Shown here piece after piece: positions 1 through 13,761 of a stretch of 64,000 nt of DNA. The stretch comes from Octopus sinensis (taxonomy: Eukaryota), in NCBI RefSeq assembly GCF_006345805.1, contig NC_043000.1:109554001-109618000 (forward strand). The letters are read 5' to 3'. Position 1 is the first letter of the stretch; each line of letters begins with the position of its first letter. The notes below the pieces were generated by a model, which was not told the origin of the DNA, ran no database searches, and saw only the letters and a list, made by a program, of their open reading frames with translations. Both the position numbers and the translations under genes were made by a program.

Positions 1-228
1 AAGTTCGTTTCCATGTTTTTGTTTTTATGTTTTCATTTCTCATTGTGTTCAACGTTTTTTTGGTGTCCTGTACTCATATATGCATGTATATATACTTATA
101 GATGTAGGTATGTACATATATGTATGTATATATGCATATGTTTATATATTATTTATGTCATTACATATTTACTTACACAAGTATGCTCACACACATGTTT
201 GTATTTATGCATGTATGTAACTGTATCT

Positions 229-271
<43 letters not shown>

Positions 272-326
272 ATATATATATATACATATATATATATATG
301 CACGTAGATAAAATAGGTATATGTGC

Positions 327-595
327 CAGCCCGTAACACCAAAAATGAACTGAAGGCAAAGATTATGGCAGCATTCACAAACTGAATCAAAAGGGCCATC
401 CAGAAGAGTTGCAGGAGATTCCAAAGTCGTCTGGAGGCCGTGGTCGAAGCCAATGGCGATTTTGTTGAATATATTTACTCTTTAGTATTTCAAGATATTT
501 TTATGTAATTTTGGTAAATATATCTGTTAAAACGAGATGTCAATGTTATTTTCATTTTTGTGTAATTTAGACGACAGTTTATTCACCGCACTCTG
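327..595 (+). mobile_element. 3' end of a Tc1/mariner-superfamily (maT-like) transposon, dead
   Basis: Translates as NTKNELKAKIMAAFTN*IKRAIQKSCRRFQSRLEAVVEANGDFVE, a typical transposase C-terminus with a stop. Ends in a TIR-like ...TTCACCGCACTCTG followed by TA (596-597). Confidence 0.75.
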
Positions 596-635
596 TACAC
601 CCCACCCCATATATGTATATACATATATACATGCA

Positions 636-829
636 TGTGGCTGTGTGGTAAGTAGCTTGCTAACCAACCACATGGTTCCGGGTTCAGTCCCACTGCGTGG
701 CATCTTGGGCAAGTGTCTTCTGCTATAGCCCCGGGCCGACAATGCCTTGTGAGTGGATTTGGTAGACGGAAAACTGAAAGAAGCCTGTCGTATGGTATAT
801 ATATATATATTATATAATATATTATATAT

Positions 830-861
<32 letters not shown>

Positions 862-1075
862 GTATGTGTGGTCTGTGTTTGTCTCCCTAGCATTGCTTGA
901 CAACCAATGCTGGTGTGTTTACGTCCCGTCACCTAGCGGTTCGGCAAAAGAGGACCGATAGAATAAATTACTGGGCTTACAAAGAATACGTCCCGGGGTC
1001 GATTTGCTCGACTAAAGGCGGTGCTCCAGCATGGCCGCAGTCAAATGACTGAAACAAGTAAAAGAGTAAAGAGTA
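636..1075 (+). mobile_element. tRNA-derived SINE, family A (CORE-like, octopus OR-type), with internal (TA)n
   Basis: A-box-like TGTGTGGTAAG, B-box-like GGTTCAGTCC, CORE-like CTTGGGCAAGTGTCTT, central microsatellite and tail ...GGCCGCAGTCAAATGACTGAAACAAG. Near-identical copies at 10035 and 36055. The family name is from memory. Confidence 0.85.
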
Positions 1076-2898
1076 TAGATATATAGACGTATATATATTA
1101 TAATATATATATATATATAATATATATATGATAATATATAATACTATATATATATATATATATAATATCTATATATACATATACATATAAAATACATACA
1201 CACACATACATACATAAATATATATATATATATTATATATATATATATTATAATATATATATATATATGTATGTATGTATATATCTGTTTATTTATAGCG
1301 GACGCACGCATGCACCGCATATTTCGGTACATATATGTGTATATATTATACGTGTATGAGAGTATTTGTGCACCTGGCAAGGAGTAGGCCAAGCAATGTG
1401 TACTGTGAAGTCATCTCAATTACATTTCATTGTTTATTATGCTCTGCATAAATGTTCGCCGTCGCTTTCTTGTTTGCCTTATTATAATTGTGCAGGAATC
1501 TTGTCCCTATCTCTATCATTAGCACCCGCTGACCCATACCAATTAAAACAGTATAGCGTGAAAAGTAAATAAAATACTTACTTGAATTACGAAAGAAATA
1601 CTCTCCAAAAGTAAAAAGAGAGAACGAGATCCTCCTAGAAATTTCTCAAAATCTTATTAAATTCGCCAGAAAAGGGTCGGATTTTGATGGCCCTTGAAGC
1701 TGGAAAAAACAACGGATAAAAGAAATAGATCACGAAAATTAACTGAAAAACAGAACACCACATATTGGCTTGAAAATTGATATTTTACATATGATGATAG
1801 TAAATATGTGAAACTATATATATGTAACCGAAATTGATATATCTATAATGGTTGTCAGATATGTAAAGCTCTGTTAGTAACCAAAATTGGCATCATATAT
1901 ATTATAATATATATTAATATATATATATAATATATAATATATATATAGATATATAACATATATTATAATGTGTGAAATTTGATTTAGTATTTCTAAATTG
2001 AATTTTTTTTTCCTTGTAAGTTGGAATTTATTCCCTCAAATATACAATTATATATATAATATATATATAATAATATATATATATATATATATATATAATT
2101 ATATAATGTTATAAAGTCTATGCATCTGTTTATGAAACCAAAAAACTTCTATAATATAATGAAGAAACCTGCATATTTATTAATTGGAATCCTGTGACTT
2201 GTACTAAAAGCAATCAATTATTAAAGTCTGTATTGTCAAGAAAATTCTCAAAAATTCTTTATCAAAACATTTTTCAGGATTCTTCTATTATTGAAGTAAA
2301 TGCTTCAATCAAAATAATTTTTATTTACTACACTCAATTACAATTAGAAATTTATCTAGCGGAATAATTACGTGAATAAAATATGTACAGAATGGAAAAT
2401 TTTATCAAATATTGCAATATTGGGAGACTAGTTAACCGACTGAACAATTGAATGCCACTCTGTGTGTGTGAATATGGGAAAAATAATAAATAAATGTATT
2501 GAAAATCTTTTGTGTAAAATTAGTCGGGTTGAGAGTAAACTGTTGGGTTGAGAGTTCCGTGTAGATTATCCTAATCCCGTCTGTTTCCAGTATAACGGTG
2601 GGTTTACTACTGTGCTCTGCAGTAATGCTGGTAATGATGTACAGAGCAAATATAACCACCACGGTGAGACGTACGCAGAGAATAAACGATATAAACTTGG
2701 GTCTACCATAATTTTTCATATCTTTTATTTTTTACTAATTTCAGTCATTGGATTGAAGCTATGCTGGGAACTGGCTGGAAGGGTTTAGAGCAATAATTCT
2801 ACATAATCACTTACTTTTTAAAGCCTAGCACTTACTCTCTCGGTTGTGTCTATTGTCTGAAAATAATGCAAATCTGGATTCATCTGAGAAAATCACTC

Positions 2899-3354
2899 TC
2901 AAAATGAACTGGATTTTTCTGACATCGCCTTAGCCCATTTCTTTCTTTTCATGATATTAATTGGTTGAAGGACAGGTTTTCTTCTCGCTGCTCGTCCATA
3001 ATACCCAAGCTTATGCAGATATGTAACACACGTTCTTGGATTAACTTCTAGCTGTTTTGCAATGTCAGAAGCCTTCGAACGGTGTTCGTTTTCCACAATC
3101 CTCTTCAAACAGCGAGGCTTCCTTTCCGAGGGCCCAGGTCGGCCTGGAAGAAAATCTCTTAACTCTTTTCCTTGGCATTTGAATTGCACTATAATTCTAT
3201 TAACAGTAGCAAGAGGAATTTGAAGATTTTCGGCAATTTTTCGGTGGCTAAGACCAGCCTCAGATTGCCCAACAATACGACCTTTTTGAAAATTTGACAG
3301 TTCTGCTGAAATTTTTGTGCGTGGCGTGGCTGGAATGAAAAAGAATAATTGCAT
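2899..3354 (-). pseudogene. Truncated Tc1-like transposase (N-terminal HTH region)
   Basis: [12 protein letters not shown]...HTH...GRPGP...[15 protein letters not shown]...RKKWAK matches the Tc1 DNA-binding region. It stops before the DDE domain. Confidence 0.85.
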
Positions 3355-3589
3355 TGTAAATTCTACAGTGCTGAAACATATTAAGGACGCTGATAAGAAA
3401 TTTGAATATATATATTATATTATATATACTAAATATATATATATATATATAATATATATATATATATCCATAACACATAACATACATACATACAATATAT
3501 ATATATATATATATATACTATATATATATATATAGTATATATATATAATATATAACACACATATATATATTCATACATACATACATACA

Positions 3590-3621
<32 letters not shown>

Positions 3622-3626
3622 AGTAA

Positions 3627-3838
3627 TTATATGTATGTATGACTTTGTGTTTGTGTCTGTCTGCCGCCGCCGTTTACAACCGGTGTTGGCTTGTTTACGT
3701 TGTCGCGACTTATCGATTCGGCAAACAGAATCCGATACAATAAGTACGACGCTTCAAATATATCGACCCGGGTCGATTTGTACGACTGACCCCTTCCAGC
3801 CAGTGCCCCAGTATGGCCGCAGTGCAATGGCTGAAGCA
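3627..3838 (+). mobile_element. SINE family A, 3' half
   Basis: Diverged match to the tail of 636-1075 (GGTTCGGCAAA..CGATA.AATAAGTAC..GGGTCGATTTG..ATGGCCGCAGT). Confidence 0.7.
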
Positions 3839-4453
3839 GCCTGTTGTTGTTGTTGCTATGAGTGTTACTGCTGTTAGTATCATCGATGGCGGTGATGTTG
3901 TTGTTGTTGTTCATAGATGCTTTGTTGTTGGTGATAATGATGATGATGATGATGATGCTACAACATTTCACCGAAGATAAAATCCCATCCACGCCCGTCC
4001 CCCCCTACCCGCCACCGTTTTGCGGACGTAATTGCCACGACGTTTATTGGCGGAGCTGCTCACCGTTCTTCTCTCATTAATTGTCAACACGGTTGCCACG
4101 TTGACACGTTGACATGTTTTATGCGATGGAATCGTCTTTGAAAGACCAGACGACCGACGAAATAGCTGTGTCGTCTTTAATTAAGAACGCGACCGAGAAT
4201 TTATGAAGCTACCATTTTTTTTTTTCATGAGCGTGTTATAAACAAATGAAACGAGCAACAATTCAGAAAATTCTAAGAAACTAAAAGAGCAAAACAGGAA
4301 CAAGAACGATAGCTTCTTACTGGCATTGTATGGGGTTTTGTTCGGATAGGAGTCAAAAACAACAACAACAACAACAACAACAACAATAATAATAATAGTC
4401 GATAAAAAAATTGTAGTAATACCAATAATTGTCGGAGCCCTGGGAACGATGAG

Positions 4454-4553
4454 NNNNNNNNNNNNNNNNNNNNNNNNNNNNNNNNNNNNNNNNNNNNNNN
4501 NNNNNNNNNNNNNNNNNNNNNNNNNNNNNNNNNNNNNNNNNNNNNNNNNNNNN
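4454..4553. other. Assembly gap (100 N)
   Basis: Run of exactly 100 N. Confidence 1.
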
Positions 4554-4717
4554 GAAAGCAGTGTTGCGAGTTAACAAATATTTAAATTAGTTGAAATAGA
4601 TAGATAATAGATAGATAGATAGACAGGCAGACAGGCAGACAGACGAACAGGTAGATAGATAGGTCAGTTCATATATATGTATATATATTTATAAATACAT
4701 ACGCATGTATATACATG

Positions 4718-4753
<36 letters not shown>

Positions 4754-4754
4754 G

Positions 4755-4785
<31 letters not shown>

Positions 4786-4959
4786 TAAGCTTCCACATTG
4801 GTTCTGTCAACCAATTCCAGTCACAAGGTGTTGCTCGACCCAGGGCTATGGTGGAGTACACCTGTCCAAAATGCCGCGTTGTGGGATTTGAACTTAAAAG
4901 CTTTGGTTTACAGCTTAAATCTAGCTTATAACCGTTAAAAAACCCGTACGCCAAAAAGA

Positions 4960-5028
4960 AATGCTAGAGAAAGAAAGAAAGAAAATGCTAGAAGAAAGAA
5001 AGAAAGAAAGAAAAAGAAAGAAAGAATA

Positions 5029-5059
<31 letters not shown>

Positions 5060-5522
5060 GAGGAAAGAAAAGAAAGGAAGGAAGAAAGGAAGAAAGGAAG
5101 GAAGAAGAAAGAAGAAGAAGAAAGAAAGGAGGAAAGAAAAGGGAAGGAAGAAGGAAGAAAGGAAGAAAAGAAAGAAAAAAGAAAAAAGAAAGAAAGAAAG
5201 AAAGAAAGAAAGGAAGGTAAATAAGGAAGAAAAAAAAGGAAGAAGAAAGAAGAAGAACGAAAGGAAGAAAGAAAGAAAGAAAGAAGAAAGAAAGAAGAAA
5301 GAAGAAAGAAAGAAACGAAGGAATTAAGGAAGCAAGAAGAAAGAAAGGGGGAAGGAAGAAAGAAAGAAGAAAGAAAGAAAGAAGAAAGAAAGAGAAAAAA
5401 GGAAGGAAGGAAGGACGGAAGAAAGAAAGAAAGTAAGAAAGAAAGAAAGAAGTAAAGAAGAAAGAAAGTAAGAAAGAAAGAAAGAAAGAAAGTAAGAAAG
5501 AAAGAAAAGAAGATTAGCTTCA
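4960..5522 (+). repeat. Purine-rich (GAAA/GGAA)n simple repeat
   Basis: About 560 bp of almost only A and G. It explains the spurious F/L/S ORF at 4921-5523. Confidence 0.95.
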
Positions 5523-5831
5523 AAGTGAAAAAGAAAATAGTGAAAATCGGAAATCTGGAGTGTGGTGGGGAGAGAGTGGTTGGGGGGTGAGTCGTGGGGA
5601 GGAAGCTATGCTGTGTCCGATTTGTATTTCATACTTGTTAAAACACATTTTGAATTTTGAGATTAGTTTGTATTTAATGTGTCACCATAGAGACACAAAG
5701 AGTCAATTGTTTTGTGTCGTTGAGTAGAGACAGTCACCAAACACTTCTGTCGAGACCACAACAGTTGGACAAGTGTCGACGTCAACATTCAATGACTCCG
5801 ACGACGGCGACTTTCGCTTTATAAATTAGCA

Positions 5832-5852
5832 ATGGCTGACGAACCTAAGAAG
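5832..5852 (+). CDS. Candidate first coding exon (MADEPKK) of the uncharacterised giant-exon gene
   Basis: ATG in good context (gcaATGG), then AAG|GTACGT donor, phase 0. Compatible with the phase-0 acceptor at 15278. Short, so chance is possible. Confidence 0.5.
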
Positions 5853-6570
5853 GTACGTTCTAACATGTTTGATTTCAGTGTCAGATTGTGTGTGTATCTG
5901 TCTGTCTGTGTGAAAGCGCTTCATATCTTGTATAAATATGCATGTAGTATGTATTGGTGGCGTGTTTTAAACTAAGTTCGGTAGAATTTGTTTCAAGTAG
6001 CGATGTCTTTTCTGGAGATATTTCTCTGTTTTATAGGGAGTATTTTTTTTTTTTTTTTTCAGTTTTTCGTAGCTGCAGGTCTGATACGATATTTGTTTGT
6101 GATTAAATGCTTGTAATTGTAAAAATAAGCCGGTGGAGACGTAATGGATATATTTCGCTGTTTTGCATCTGTTATTCATCTTATACATTCTCATGCAACA
6201 TTTATGCTTATAACGCTGTTGACACCGCCCGATTAAATGGTACTGCTCATGTATTGAAACCCGTTAGGCAGCTGATAATGGGAATATGTTTGATGAGCTA
6301 ATTGCCTGTGAATCTTTTATACTTTGTAGTCTCGTTGTTCTATGTTGTCCTTCATTCTCGTTGTGTTCAACTTGTTCTTGGTTTATTGGTTTATGGTGGG
6401 TTCGTTGTGTATATTATTACCATACGTTGGTATTGTCGGATTATCTTTCATTTGGATTCAATTTTTAGTGGTCAGTGTAATACGTATTTAAGGATATTGG
6501 TGGAAGTCAGTCAAACGGCCAAAGCGCAAGTCCCAGATACTCTGATCTGCCTAGTTTCGGACCAAACTGT

Positions 6571-7132
6571 CATCATCATCATCATCATTGTTCGACCGTG
6601 ATCGAGACTATGGAATTTACCATGCTACGCCAGACTTCACGGTCCATCATGGTATTACGGAGGTCCTGTTGCTGGATGCCTGTATCCCTGGAGATTACAT
6701 CAGGGTAGGAGAGTGTGCGCCCTCTGGTATTGCAAGTAGATGGCTTCCAGAGGAGAAGAGGAGAAATTACCTCTTTTTCAGCTCTACAACAATGTCCAAC
6801 AAACTGGACTCTCTTACCTTTCACAAAAGATGACACAGATGGTAGTTTCCCATATATTTGCATTTTGGTTGGATGGCGCTTCCACGAGAGATTTTGAGCT
6901 CTCATAAGGAGGCGAGTGTAGGTTCCATCCAACCGCCTCTCAAGCTTCTTTGATAACGTCCAGGTTTCTGAGCCATATAGTAGAATTGGTTCGACTGTGG
7001 CTTTGAAGATTTCAAGTTTGAAGTCTCTACTTAGATTTGATGACCAGATCCTATGCATGTCATTACAGGCTGACCAGGCCATACCCTTTCTAGTTAGATG
7101 ATATGTATGACCCAAGATATTTGTAATCAGAA
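6571..7132 (-). mobile_element. 5'-truncated RTE-clade LINE (RT C-terminal part)
   Basis: ORF with KLEIFKATVEPILLYGSETWTL...FVGHCCR...DREVWR, a (TGA)n tail, and a 10-bp TSD ACCAAACTGT at 6561-6570 and 7133-7142. Confidence 0.9.
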
Positions 7133-7214
7133 ACCAAACTGTACGCACCGATGGAAGGGAAGTAATATGACAGCCTGGGCGCGTTGTATGTCCTTTTATT
7201 ATTCAATCTGCTCG

Positions 7215-7650
7215 CATAGCTGTCGGCTTAAAAGCTCGCGTTGTAGTCACGTAGTTTCCGCTTCAGTCCCACTGCATGGTACCTCGAACAGGTGCCTTCT
7301 TCTATAGTACCGGATCAAATTACTTGCGAGTGAATTTGATTGATTGGAAACTCTGTGGAAGCCTGTCACATGTGTGTGTACGTGTGTGTGTGTGTGTGTG
7401 TGTACTTCTATGTGTGTGTGCTTGCGCGCCTGTGTGTGTATGTTTGTATATATGTCCCTACACCACTTGACAACCGGTGTTCGTTTGCTTATGTCCCCGT
7501 AACTTAGCGGTCCGACAAAAATTACAGATAGAATAAGTATCACACTTCAAAAATAAGTGCTGCGGCTGATTTATTTGAGTAAAAAACCTTTCAAGGCCGT
7601 GCCCAAGCATGGCCGCAATCCAATGATTGAAACAAATTTAAAAAAAAGAT
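7215..7650 (+). mobile_element. SINE family A, old diverged copy
   Basis: Same head, core, microsatellite and tail order as 636-1075, with many substitutions. Confidence 0.7.
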
Positions 7651-8028
7651 ATTTTATGATGTAATATTTGGCTCTAATTAGTTTATTGTTGCTGTTGTTT
7701 CTGTGTTTGTCTGATGAGGAGGAAGGGAAAGTGTTCTTAGATCCGTGTTGTAATAGCGTATGTGTGTGATAGGATGTGATGACGGGTTTGTTTGTTTTAT
7801 TACTGTGCTTGTTTGTTGTTGTTTTGTGTGTGTGTGGTAGGTCCGGTGAAAGGTGCACAGACTTCGAAAATCCTCCGATTGATGAGACCAATGCCGTTTA
7901 ATTTTCCTCATAAACTGTGGCCTGTCGTCAGTCAATGACCTGTACAAGGATGGAATTCCAGAGGGTTGACATTTTAAGGAAAATAAAAATATTATTATTA
8001 TTATTATTATCATCATCACCATTATTAC

Positions 8029-8070
<42 letters not shown>

Positions 8071-8279
8071 GGTAGCGAGCTGACAGACACGTTAGCACAC
8101 CGGACAAAATGCTTAGCGACATTTAGTCCGTCATTATGCTCTGAATGCAAATTCCGCCGAGATCAAGTTTACTTTTCCTCCTTTAGGGGGCCGATCTAAT
8201 CGACTAGTCCCCTTCCTGCAAATCTCGGGCTTTGTACCTTTAATAAAAACGATTATAAAAGAAGTCGTTATTTTTATTT

Positions 8280-8488
8280 GGCAGATACGTTAACACGCCG
8301 GGCGAAATGCTTAGCGGCATTTCGTCTGTCTTCACGTTCTGAGTTCAAATGCCGCCGAGGTCGACTCTGCCTGTCATCCTTTCGGGGTCGATAAAATAAG
8401 TACCAGTTGAGTACTGGGGTCGATGTAATCGATTTATCCCCCCAAAAAAAAAATTTCAGGTCTTGTACCTACAGTAGAAAGGATTATT
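8280..8488 (+). mobile_element. tRNA-derived SINE, family B (Meta-domain-like)
   Basis: ACGCCGGGCGAAATGCTTAGCGG..GAGTTCAAAT.CCGCCGAGGTCGACT.TGCCT.TCATCCTTTCGGGGTCGATAAAATAAGTACCAG. Many copies elsewhere (e.g. 20552, 47637, 55290, 57930; inverted near 43200). Confidence 0.85.
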
Positions 8489-8503
8489 ATTATTATTATT
8501 ATT

Positions 8504-9056
8504 GAGTGAGAGAGCAGTTCATGCCATCAAAGTGACACTGGGGTAAAATATACGAAGCCCAATATACCCATCATGACTACCCGTCTGATAAGGGTACACC
8601 AGGCACATGCATCACAACCATATGTGCGCGACATGGTGATCTCATATCAAGATAAACAGCACATGACCTTGCAGGTGGGGCCCAATTAGAATTTTCTTCA
8701 GGTTGAGTAGCCCATCCCGCTCAAACGGTCCCTGAATAAGGGTTGTTTAAGGATGTTGAAAGAACCACCCATGTTTCCAGAGGTGAACTATTCAAACCCC
8801 AAAGAATCCCTCTCAACACATGGCTATGATGCTCCCCCACTACTTCTGCTCGTGATCAGAGATGCACATATCGTCAGCCACTATGGGACATGCTCAACTG
8901 GTTACGGTCAAACAACTGACAAGCAAATCTGTGGTATTGAGCAGAATATTTGCTGTAGCCCATCTTTTATACCAAGACAAAACAATGTACATGATAACAC
9001 TTCCTATCAGTTAAAATCAGAAGCCATGAGAGCCACTGCCTGGTACTGCATCAGGG

Positions 9057-9059
<3 letters not shown>
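8504..9059. mobile_element. Probable interspersed element inserted in an (ATT)n tract, family unassigned
   Basis: Complex sequence sharply bounded on both sides by (ATT)n. Only one copy in the window, so repeat status is inferred. Confidence 0.3.
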
Positions 9060-9119
<60 letters not shown>

Positions 9120-10034
9120 CATCATTATTATTATTATTATTATTATTAGTTTAGCGTTTAGTTCTGACGTATATGCTCGTCTAAAGTTAACTTGTCTTTT
9201 CATCCCTGACGTCGGGGGTTCGATGAAAAAGAAATCACCAGTCATGTAATGTGTCGAAATGCCAGAAAGCAGATTGTTTGGAGTTGTGACCATAAACTTG
9301 ACAATAAACTCACCGCAGCATATCTGACCTTCATTTATGGCATGAATGCTGGTGCTGTGGCCAGCATCCCGGCTACTGGTATTATTATTGATGTTATTGT
9401 TCTTGTTATCAATATCATTGTCATGGTCGTGTCCCTTTAGACATGGAAAGACGCAGTCTCGAACTTCTGTAATCTGTTTGTTCATCTTCTGCTGCATTGT
9501 GCCACTGAAGAGGTTCGTAATTTGCATAACGGGAATATACATATTGAGCATTTAACACCATTCATTGTGTTTTTTGCTAAACACTGAAGAGGTAATTTAA
9601 CAAAATTATATAAAGCTTCAACAAGGAATTATATAATCCGGGCATACCGAAACACGTGTTTGTTTGTGACATATACACATAAACACACACACACACACAC
9701 ATTTATTCTTTAAATATATATATAAAACTTTGGTAAAGTATAGAACAAGAACATTTTTACTTAAAATATTGCAGCTAAGGATAAAATTTGAATATTAAAA
9801 ACTATTTGATTGTAATTTACAAAATATCAATATAATTTTTTTAAAAAGGCACCATCATTTTGTTAAAATATTGACACAGTATTTTAAGAAAAGATTTTCT
9901 TGTTCTGTACTTTACAAGATGTAATAAGTTGTCCTGAACTTTAACAAATGTAAAAACTTGTCCTGTAATTTTCCAGGTTTATAATCTTAACAATATTATT
10001 TCTCCTTGTCGCATTTTTTCCATGTTATATATAT

Positions 10035-10196
10035 TGTGTGGTAAGTAGCTTTCTTACCAGCCACATGGTTCCGGGTTCAGTCCCACTGCGTGGCACCTTG
10101 GGTGTCTTCTAATATAGCCTCGGGCTGACCAAATCCTTGTGAGTGGATTTGGTAGACGGAAACTTAAAGAATCCTGTCGTGTATATATATATATAT

Positions 10197-10273
<77 letters not shown>

Positions 10274-10543
10274 TGTGTGTGTTTGTATGTATGTATGTAT
10301 GTATGTATGTATGTGTGTGTGTAAGTAAGTATTATGTGTTTCTGTGTCTGTGTTTGTCCCCCCTCACCATCGCTTGACAACCGATATTGGTGTGTTTATG
10401 TCCCCGTAACTAGCGGTTCGGCAAAACAGACCGATAGAATAAGTACTAGGCTTACAAAGGATAAGTCCTGGGGTCGATCTGTTCGACTACAGGTGGTGCT
10501 CCAGCATGGACGCAGTCAAATGACTGGAACAAATAAAATAAAA

Positions 10544-10545
<2 letters not shown>
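10035..10545 (+). mobile_element. SINE family A with expanded (TA)(TG)(TATG) centre
   Basis: High identity to 636-1075 outside the microsatellite. Confidence 0.85.
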
Positions 10546-10598
<53 letters not shown>

Positions 10599-10658
10599 TA
10601 TATGTATTTATGTATATATGTATGTATACATACATACATACATACATACATACATACA

Positions 10659-10689
<31 letters not shown>

Positions 10690-10734
10690 GTTAATAACAC
10701 CTATAAGGAGTTGCTTTTTCCATTCACCAAAGTG

Positions 10735-11545
10735 ACTGGATCCTTTACCAGGAGGGCCTGATGTTGTCAGACGGTATCCAACGTTCATCGGGTGTTTCGA
10801 ACCTGAACCGTAACATCTTTCCGTTGGTGGGTCATTAGAGGTAGCCAAGTAACTGCCCCTCATCTCCTCCTGGCTTCCAGTTTAACTTTTCCCTCTTGCT
10901 CCAAAGCCAGTAAGGGGCTCTTTCAGCTGCCTCTCCCATCCTGCGCACAGCCACCCTTTGCTCCTTAGTTCTCATTCCAATGGCTGTAGCATCGTCCATG
11001 CCGACTGAGCAGGGAATCCCAACCTCGATTGGGAAAAGCTGTACCTGCCGTCCCTTCTCCCTGCAATCCTGCAGAAGGCTCTCATATCTGGCATGCTGCC
11101 GTTCATGGACTTCGTCACACCCCTCTTCCCACAGAACTGTGAGTTCAATTACGATAATTTTCTTGATTTTTTTCAGACTACAGGACCACATCTGGCCTCA
11201 GGGTTGTATTGACGACCTGGGAAAACTGCTATCTTTCCTCTAGATCCACTTTCATATCTATGTATTGTTTTTGCTAACTTTACTGGCCTCTCTCCCTCTT
11301 TCAAGAACTTAATTGTTGCTGTTGCCTTCCCTGCTCCAGGGTGTGAGCAAGTATTGGAAGCACCCTATCATGGCACCATTTATATCCGCCTTGAGAAAGT
11401 AGTATTCTGCACCCTTCCAAGATGTGTGCTGGACTGCCACTTTCTCCACAAAGTCTACACAGCTGGTCTTCCCTCAAACCCAATCTGTGCAGGTTTGTTG
11501 GCGTCGGGAGTGTGTCATACACCGCCCGCGGCAGGAAGGAGATAC
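10735..11545 (-). mobile_element. Degenerate HERO-like (R2 group, REL endonuclease) non-LTR retrotransposon 3' end
   Basis: CCHC knuckle [36 protein letters not shown]...YKWCHDRVL, then TLRPDVVL and IELTVLWEEGCDEVHERQHARYESL...FPIEVG...EAAERAPYWLWSKRE. Frameshifted. Confidence 0.85.
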
Positions 11546-11660
11546 GGAAAGGTTGTTCGTTATTTTAGATAGAAAGACAGACAGATAAATAAATAGATAG
11601 ATAGATAGATAGATTGGTAGAGAGACTGAGAGATAGATAGATAGACAGACAGACAGGCAC

Positions 11661-11735
<75 letters not shown>

Positions 11736-11941
11736 TTGAGAGAGACATATATATACATATATATATGCATGTATATATATGTATATATATATATATATAC
11801 ATACGTGTGTATATATATATACACACACACTCACACACACATACACACACACACACACCACACACACACATATATATATATATATGCATATATAGATATA
11901 TGAAAATATATAGGTGCCTGTATATAGGTGCCTGTATATAG

Positions 11942-11985
<44 letters not shown>

Positions 11986-11988
<3 letters not shown>

Positions 11989-12179
11989 GGTCCCGGGTTG
12001 ATTCGGGGTTAACCACAGTAAATAAGGTACTCAATACATAGCAGAGTAAAATTAATTTATTATATAGAAGGAGCTTCTACAGGACTAGAACTGTTTCATT
12101 CAAGAGAAATCTTCAGGAAGCTCCTGAAGATTTCTCTTGAATGAAACAGTTCTAGTCCTGTAGAAGCTCCTTCTATATA

Positions 12180-12184
<5 letters not shown>
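11986..12184. mobile_element. Fold-back (Penelope-like) element in (TA)n: 63-bp arms 12056-12118 and 12122-12184
   Basis: Perfect inverted arms with a 3-nt loop. A second family member lies at 32638-32830. Contains a hammerhead fold. Confidence 0.8.
12070..12124 (-). ncRNA. Type I hammerhead ribozyme motif
   Basis: Minus strand: GGAGCUUC-CUGAAGA-UUUC(UCUU)GAAU-GAAAC-AG(UUCUAGUC)CU-GUA/GAAGCUCC. Stem I is 8 bp, the triplet is GUA, and stem II is weak (U-U at its base). Confidence 0.7.
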
Positions 12185-12227
<43 letters not shown>

Positions 12228-12673
12228 ATATACATAGAGAGAGAGAGCTATATATATACATGTATATATACATATATATATATGTACATATATATATGTA
12301 TATATACATACACACACACACACACAAACACACATACATACATACATACATACATACATACATACATACATACATACATACATACATACATACATACATA
12401 GAATCGTCACTTTTAGTGGCGCTTGTATTGATGACTTTTGGTTTTAAATTGCGTCTCGCCACTTAAATAATTTCATATGTATATAAACAATTATGTAAGG
12501 GTTATCTTACGCTTTAATCTAGACGAAGTATTTAACCTCACCTGAACTTCTGAGCTGAGACTTACACGATTCAATTAAAGGTGTGTTTTCGAAGGCGATG
12601 CTTTACAAAACGTTTCTCTCTCTCCCTCTCTCCCTCTCTCCCTCTCTTTCTCTCTCTCTCCCCTCTCTCTTAT

Positions 12674-12720
<47 letters not shown>

Positions 12721-12998
12721 TCACTACTACAACTACTATTACTACAACTATTACTACAGTTGTCTCTGCGCCTCGGAGCTCGTTGGCTTTGTGCCGCGTC
12801 CACCGCTCACTAAAGCTAATCCAGTTGAAGCCCTCACATCATCTTCTCGCTCAAACGTCGGACCCCTGCAATTTCATCCCAACACATTTTTTCCTACAGC
12901 TGCTCGCGACTATTCAGGCGAAACGATAAACACGCCGATCCTGCTGGTGAGGCTGGGACTGCGAAGAATAGGGGTCACAATCCATTTCACCTTGGTTA

Positions 12999-13761
12999 CC
13001 ATATATTCTGGAGTAATAGTCGATCTCATGTAAAAGTCGATCCCTTATTTTGGGCCAAAAAATTGAGGGTTTTTCATAGACCCCGCATAAAAGTTGACCC
13101 TAGTATTTCACGAACAACAGGGCAACATTTGTGGGACAAGGTACCGTATTATCCTGTACGTAGAAATAACACTGATGCAAAATTGTGTGGCTACCTTACT
13201 GTAGCCTGCTCTGTAGGTGGAATGCTGGGTGCTTATAATGGAATGTTTGGTGCTTATAGTAAAATACCATTTCAAATCAAGCACTACACATCTGTTGATG
13301 GGTGCTACATCACCATTTCTAAAATGTATGCACAGGATATGCTGCAAGACTGCATACATCTTCAAGATCAATAAACACATGCATCATACATTCGTTGTTT
13401 AGATGGTGAGAAACGTATTTCACAAACAGCACTATTGGCGAACACTGGCAAACGTCATTGTCTAAATCTGTGCAAAGGCATGACTTCGGTAAACCTAAAA
13501 ACCTTCAATTAATCGCTAAACCTTTGTATTTTACAAGGACGTCTGTTTTGATGCATAGAATTGGTAACATTACTGTAATTCTTTGTGTTTTTGTTTTTAT
13601 TCTCTTAGAGATCAGTTGGAGCTTATGCTGGTGATACGGTACTTCGGATTCTAGCTTGAATTTCAGCCCCTCAAAAGTAGTATCAATGTAATAGTCGACC
13701 CCATAAATTTGATCTTAAAAAAATAGTCTAAAAAATTCGATTTTTACACAAGCATATACGG
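12999..13761. mobile_element. pogo/Tigger-like non-autonomous element (MITE)
   Basis: Imperfect TIRs TA|CCATATATTCTGGAGTAATAGTCGA vs reverse complement of the end TA|CCGTATATGCTTGTGTAAAAATCGA; TA on both sides. Confidence 0.65.

Noticed and set aside
2110-2719. Coding-like stretches, including the hydrophobic 95-aa ORF 2432-2719
   Set aside because: No recognisable homology, interrupted frames and no consistent splice model.
9441-9512. Possible 72-nt phase 0-0 exon TWKDAVSNFCNLFVHLLLHCATEE, and the idea that MADEPKK+TWKD is a Na/K-ATPase beta N-terminus
   Set aside because: The donor GTTCGT is weak, the exon is not needed for frame, and the following residues do not match the beta-subunit GRT..SW motif.
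10740-10810. GAAAC...CTGACAA in the HERO 3' UTR as a permuted hammerhead
   Set aside because: The core is degenerate and I could not build convincing stems.
12900-12946. Possible 47-nt exon (cctacag|...CTG|GTGAGG)
   Set aside because: It has a stop in phase 0, and no partner exon was found to supply the other phases.
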